NCBI GenBank assembly: GCA_051530055.1 | Contig: CM121342.1 | Location: 12,477,480 to 12,541,479 of the forward strand | Source: Neoechinorhynchus agilis | Lineage: Eukaryota > Animalia > Acanthocephala | DNA length: 64,000 nucleotides | Direction: 5' to 3' | Shown: positions 58,970 to 64,000 of the stretch, in pieces | How the letters are laid out: each line of letters begins with the position of its first letter | How positions within the stretch are numbered: position 1 is the stretch's first letter | Translations under genes and position numbers: made by a program | Notes under the pieces: generated by a model | What the model was told of the DNA's origin: nothing | Database searches by the model: none | The model's input: only the letters and a program-made list of their open reading frames with translations

Positions 58970-61700
58970 TTTTTTTTAATAAATAATCTTTTTATTGTTT
59001 CTTTTTAAAGGACAATTTTAGGATTAAATCGTCCCCCGGACGCTGACCGCATTTTCTCGTTGGATTGCGAGGCTTATTCTTTGGATCAGGAAAATCCTCT
59101 CGCGTCGCTCCCCTGTTTGTGCTGCAAGTCGTCTTCCGAGTTCGGCACAAAAGCTTCGTGCCGAAGATCCCAGCGCCCCTTGTGTTTCCACGCCGAAAGG
59201 AAGAAAAATGTAATTTTGTTTGAGCTCATTGTATTTCTCCGCTTTCCTCCTTTCGGCGGCACTCGCTGCTCCTCCCGTCTCCGCTAAAGCATCTTGCCGG
59301 TTGGACAGGGCGAGTGAGTCCACGCATGTTGCGTCCCAAATTAGACTCTTCCCTTCTTTCCAAGGGAAAACGGTTATACCGTCGGGACGCTTACCATCCG
59401 AGCGACAGAGGTGATTGGGCTCCAGGATGGTTGGAACGTGGATCGAGTTCAGAGCTCTGCTAATGATCGCATTGAGCTCTGCGTGCCTTGGGAAACGACC
59501 GCTCGATCTCTTGCAGTAGAGTCCATGTCTCCCGAGCACGTCAACTTTTATTCCACATCGGCACTGGTGTCGGGCACAGGTTGGAAGTCCTAAACGTAGA
59601 GCGACGGCTATTCGAACTGTCTCGTCGTCCAGCAAAGTTCCCAAAGTACCAATTGGCAAAACGTTCAACCATGCGCCTGACTCCTTCGAGGAACTGGCCA
59701 CAAGTCTAGCTAAGCCTAAACCTCCGTATTTGATCGGAAGGGCAGCTTGTTGCCAAGCTTCATCAGTGATGGCGCAGTTCGTTACCTTCTCAAGATGCTT
59801 TTTCATCAAACCATCTAAGTCAAGGAGACGTTTAATGTGTCGGAAGTACGGGGCTGCTCTCATCTTGAACATAAGCTTCGGTATGTATAGGCAGTTTCTC
59901 ACCAAGAAGAAAGCTTTGTGTGCATTCAATTCTTGAACCCGGGAGCACAAAAGATCCAGTTTAGGAAGCTCTTTTTCTATCTCGCGATCTATGTTCGCCT
60001 CCAGGACGCAACTGCCGAGAAGAGTGAAGCTTTGCCGGTTGATTAATCTTATTCCTGGGGCAACGGATTCGAAGGACTGCATTATATCCGCCATGCGAGA
60101 ATGTGAAATATTTAGTGGCAATAGTTCACACTTCGCGGGATTGACACGTAAGCCCAATTCCGCAGCAGAAACAAGCAGGGATTGCAGGTCTTCTAGAACC
60201 GTCTTTGGGTCACCGCCCAATGTCGCGTCATCCAAGTACCAGACGTTCAAACTTGCCTTGAGCTTACGAGATATTCCATTGGTTGTTAAGGAAAATCCTA
60301 TGGGGCCGAGAGGATCGCCTTGTTGCAGGCCTGTTTCGGACCAAATGGTGTGCTCGTTGAAATGTAGAGGTGTCTTAGAAGCATACGCCTTCACAAAGTA
60401 TTCATAGGCTTCAGGTAATTCTCGAGCAATGGTACTTAGCAAGGCTGTTCGATCGACTGTATCAAAGGCGTTCGAAAAATCGACTTTTAGGACAACCGTT
60501 GGGGTGGCAGAGGCGTCGATATAGGTACGTGTGGAGTGCACTATCGTTTCTGCTCCACATGGAGTACAGCAGCCAAACTGAAAACGTCTGAGTTGCTCAC
60601 TTAACCTTTCGCTCAGTCGCTTACACAAAATCTTCCCTGTCAAACGTCTTAGAGTGCAGCCCACAGCTATCGGACGAATATCTCCGTTTGATTTGGAAAG
60701 GGCGCAAAGAGATGCCGAGAATAAAAATTCGTTGCTTCAAGTGGGAGAGGTCCATTTATGATTTCATCGACCACATTAACGAGCTCGGTTTCGAGCTTCA
60801 TTCCCATCACTCCCGTTCCAAATCCCAACATATCCTTGATGTGTTGGGGTAGAAGTCCGTCGGATCCATGTCCCGACCCATTGGGGAACGAGGATACAGC
60901 ACATCTAAGTTCCTCCCGCGTGCACCTCGTCGATTGACGCGACTTTTCCGGTATCGGGGGCAAAATCGGTGGCAAAGCTGAAGGATGCTTACTTCTCAAC
61001 GCCTCCAGTGTCGAGCGGTCGTTGTCCGCAAACGTAGCCGTGGAACTGAGTAACCTGACCGCTCCACGGACATCTGCGTCTGCCAATTTGGCAGAAATCC
61101 TATTACTCAAATTATAAGGACGGCCGAAGGGTCCTTCTGGACGTTTCTTGGTAAAGTTTGATTATTGTAACTTTTCGTCACAGCCTCCTCAAAAAGTCGA
61201 TCAAAATTGGTTATCCGCTGCTTGATGGTGGTTGTGAGGTTGGACTCGGGGTCACGGCTAGTACTCAGAACCAATTTTGGAAAGGCGAATAAACGTGAAT
61301 AGTTTGTATTCGTCGGTTCAGATAGGCAGTTTGCCAGCAGCTTCGAGAACATTTCACAGCAGCTATTCCTGGCTCCTTTTGGAATCCTCTTCAAGACCGT
61401 TTTTGGAAGATATTGTAAGAGGCGCTTCATCACATTTTGAGTTTCGAGACTGTCGATGATAAAAGGTTTGTCCAACACTGGTGGAAGGGAAGATCCAGGG
61501 CATCGAGATCGTACCGGGCCATGTTTTCGAATGAGTCCACTTATCGTCACGCCTATGACGTGATCGCATACAGTACAGCGAGTCGAAATCGAAAGCGAAG
61601 TGGGCGGAGGGAAGAGATCTGCCTCATTACTGAGGAATGAATTTGTTTGTAAGTTTTTAATACGAAGAAAAATCTGTTGTTATCCCACGATCGAAGGTTC
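58970..61700 (-). mobile_element. Near full-length CRE-clade element (N-terminal zinc finger, RT, RLE), frameshifted
   Basis: CTVCDH..GLIRKHGP..RCPGS; VDFSNAFD, GLQQGDPLGP, WYLDD, CRCG...HGLYC, RHAELN, RPDG, WDATC, VETQG; aataaa and an A-tract at the 3' end. Confidence 0.92.
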
Positions 61701-63074
61701 TTGGAATATTTAATGAAAAAATCCGTACTTTTAAAGATTAGTTCTCAAATCGCGCAGACCATTCTGTATGTTTTGAACTGGATTGATTTGCATCCGTTTA
61801 GCCGTATAGCGAAAACGGCTAGCTGGAAGCTGGCTTTGCCTCGGTAAAGCGCGGAGTTGGGGCATCCTTCTTATGTTCATCAGTTAAATTTAATGGATGT
61901 CTATTTTCTAGATAAACAAACTGAGATGTTAATTGTCGAGGAATTAAATAATGATGTTGTCTCAAATGTGGATTAAGGGAAAATCTGCTGCAGTGCTCTT
62001 TTAAATTCAAAACAGTGCTAGACTTGCGATCCCGTGATATTTTCATTCCACTTTTTCAGTTCGTTCATCTTCACTTAAGAAAAAATAGCTTTAAAATTAC
62101 TGTCTTTGCCATATCGAAACTCCTATAAGATTGGGCTATATTCCATATTTATTTTCGACGAAATTGTGGTAATATATCGACATGGAACGTCCAGGATCAT
62201 ATCATTGAGCCCATTCTGAACACAATCGTGTCCGTAAACTCCTTCCAAATAAATCTTTTGTTGTTGAAATCTAAAAATAAAATGAGGTGCAGAATATGTG
62301 GCATAAATTTTACAATGTGGGCATGAACTCACCCAGATTGCTAACCTTAAGATATTTTTTCACCTTAATCAAAAACTAGCGATGAACCATGACAGTTGGC
62401 GAAAGCACTTAAGGATTCTTAACGTAAACTATAAGAAGACGTTATGCTTTGCCCACGATTTTATTCTTCTTATCCACAGCGGGTAAGTTTAAAATCTGAT
62501 TTACAATAAATCATATGTCGATATTAGACGCTAACAAAGAAATTTTGAGAAAACCTTGAGCAGGCTATCTTAAAAGCAATTTAGAATCGTCCCAATTTGA
62601 AGCGTGATAAAAAGCTCATGCTTATAAAGTTATTTATCAGTTTTACAGACAATATATTTGATGCAATTAAAAAACAAGATCTGTTAATCAAAGTTTCGTA
62701 AATCTTACATGAAAAATAATATTCATGTTAGTCACTGTCAAATTGTTGTTAAGTTTTTTCCAAAAATTGTTGCACACGTTCAATGTACTCTTTTCACTAC
62801 ACTGCCAATTTTAAATTTGATATTTTGTAGTTAATCGTTCGAAGAAAAAGAACTAATAATTGAAGATCCGTAAATCCCGAGCTAACAATTAAATTTGCAT
62901 CTGATCTTCGCTTTTTTCGTCTATCTCCTATGATTTAAAACTTGATTTTATAGACCTAATAAATACTAATATTGCGAAATAAAATTTTCTTCCAAATAAA
63001 GAAAATATTTAACAAACTGAATAAAATCAAGAGAATTATGAGAAAATTTTAATTAACTCCTTCAAAATCTCGTA

Positions 63075-63325
63075 GCAGAAATCATTCACACCACCGCTCT
63101 GGATCACTCAGCTGCCGTCCTGGTAGAAAAATTAACACAGATTGCAGTTATATAATCCAGGCCAGCTGGTAAATCTTATTCTGTGTTTACTTCTGGTCGT
63201 TCTTCACGGCTGATAATTTTTTCTTGCGCACCTTGCACACCAATGTGGGTCAGGGAAGCGCATAAAATCACTTTCCCTGACCCAGATCGGTCGGCTGTGT
63301 GCTCAATAAAAAATTATCAGCAGTG
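63075..63325. repeat. Small structured repeat (SINE-like) with a 12-bp perfect hairpin
   Basis: tgggtcagggaa (63246) pairs with ttccctgaccca (63273); 63084-63122 matches 18707-18745 at 34 of 39 nt. Confidence 0.4.
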
Positions 63326-63599
63326 AAAAAAGCCAGACGTAAACAAAAAACTAGTTTAATTCATCAGATAAGCAATTGAAGCCGATGACAAATTTAAAGT
63401 CACGACTAAGATTTAACTTTATGATCTCATAAATCACCTATTAAGTTTAATCCGTTGAAAACCTGTGAAACGACATCGATCGATAGGCAGAAAATAATGA
63501 TGCCATTTCCTTTTAATATATAAAGAATGTGACCTCCTGGTCACGCACGGGTCGTGGATTATGGAATTTAAAAAGTCCATCAAATCAACTGGTGATCAA

Positions 63600-64000
63600 A
63601 TCTATTTATGACGCTGCAGAGCCTGTATGCTTCGAAAGAGTGCACTTCATTGATGACACGAATCAAATGATCTACTCCATTATGAGAAATAAGGTTAGAA
63701 TTCGTCTATACAATACTAAAGAAATCGTTCTCAGAAGCACATTAAGGAGGAGGGGTAAACTGAGCCGACTGATGGGATATATAGAATTCATTGTGAACAG
63801 TGTGAGAAAGTCTATATCGGACAAACGTTGCAAGGCATTGAGAAGAAGGTCGCTCAACATAAGCAAGCCTGCAGTCGATTTGAGCATTCCTCGGCAATCT
63901 CCAATCATCAAGAAACCTTTAAGCATCGCGCGGATTTTGGTGACACTTACTTTCTAGAAAAAGAAAAACTTAAAAAGACGTCTTGTTTTGGAGGCCTTAC
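63600..64000 (+). mobile_element. PLE linker plus GIY-YIG endonuclease, running off the window end
   Basis: DGIYRIHCEQCEKVYIGQTLQGIEKKVAQHKQ...SAISNHQ...HRADF from ~63772; frameshifts on both sides. Confidence 0.85.

Noticed and set aside
31019-61640. Numerous 60-150 aa ORFs antisense or off-frame to TE genes
   Set aside because: These are shadow ORFs of GC-richer retroelement coding sequence.
1-64000. Non-standard genetic code (stop reassignment)
   Set aside because: Stops replace varied residues (W, C, E, S, Q) in dead TEs, and the intact ORFs read cleanly with the standard code.
1-64000. Uni-strand piRNA cluster
   Set aside because: TE fragments occur on both strands with no clear bias; a dual-strand cluster cannot be judged without small-RNA data.

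Overview
AT-rich eukaryotic DNA, probably from an invertebrate animal, that is dominated by nested and mostly decayed retroelements. These include Ty3/Gypsy LTR elements, a tandem TRIM, RTE, L2/CR1-like, CRE-like (restriction-like endonuclease) and a divergent I-group-like LINE family, plus several Penelope-like element (PLE) remnants. Only three long intact non-TE ORFs were found: a 560-aa intronless ORF (18816-20498, -) and two near-identical LRR genes (27920-29365 -, 47388-48833 +). The LRR genes sit in the arms of a ~4.5-kb inverted duplication. The most notable structure is in those arms. A 162-bp (54-codon) satellite reads as the motif-A segment of a PLE reverse transcriptase and runs in frame into PLE RT motifs B', C and D. 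The LRR ORF follows, and then PLE thumb and GIY-YIG remnants. So a PLE coding segment appears to have become a satellite (about 18.5, 7 and 2.5 copies at three loci), and an intact LRR gene appears nested inside the dead PLE. There are also two pseudogenised copies of an extended-Tudor gene. All family calls come from by-eye motif recognition; no database search was run.
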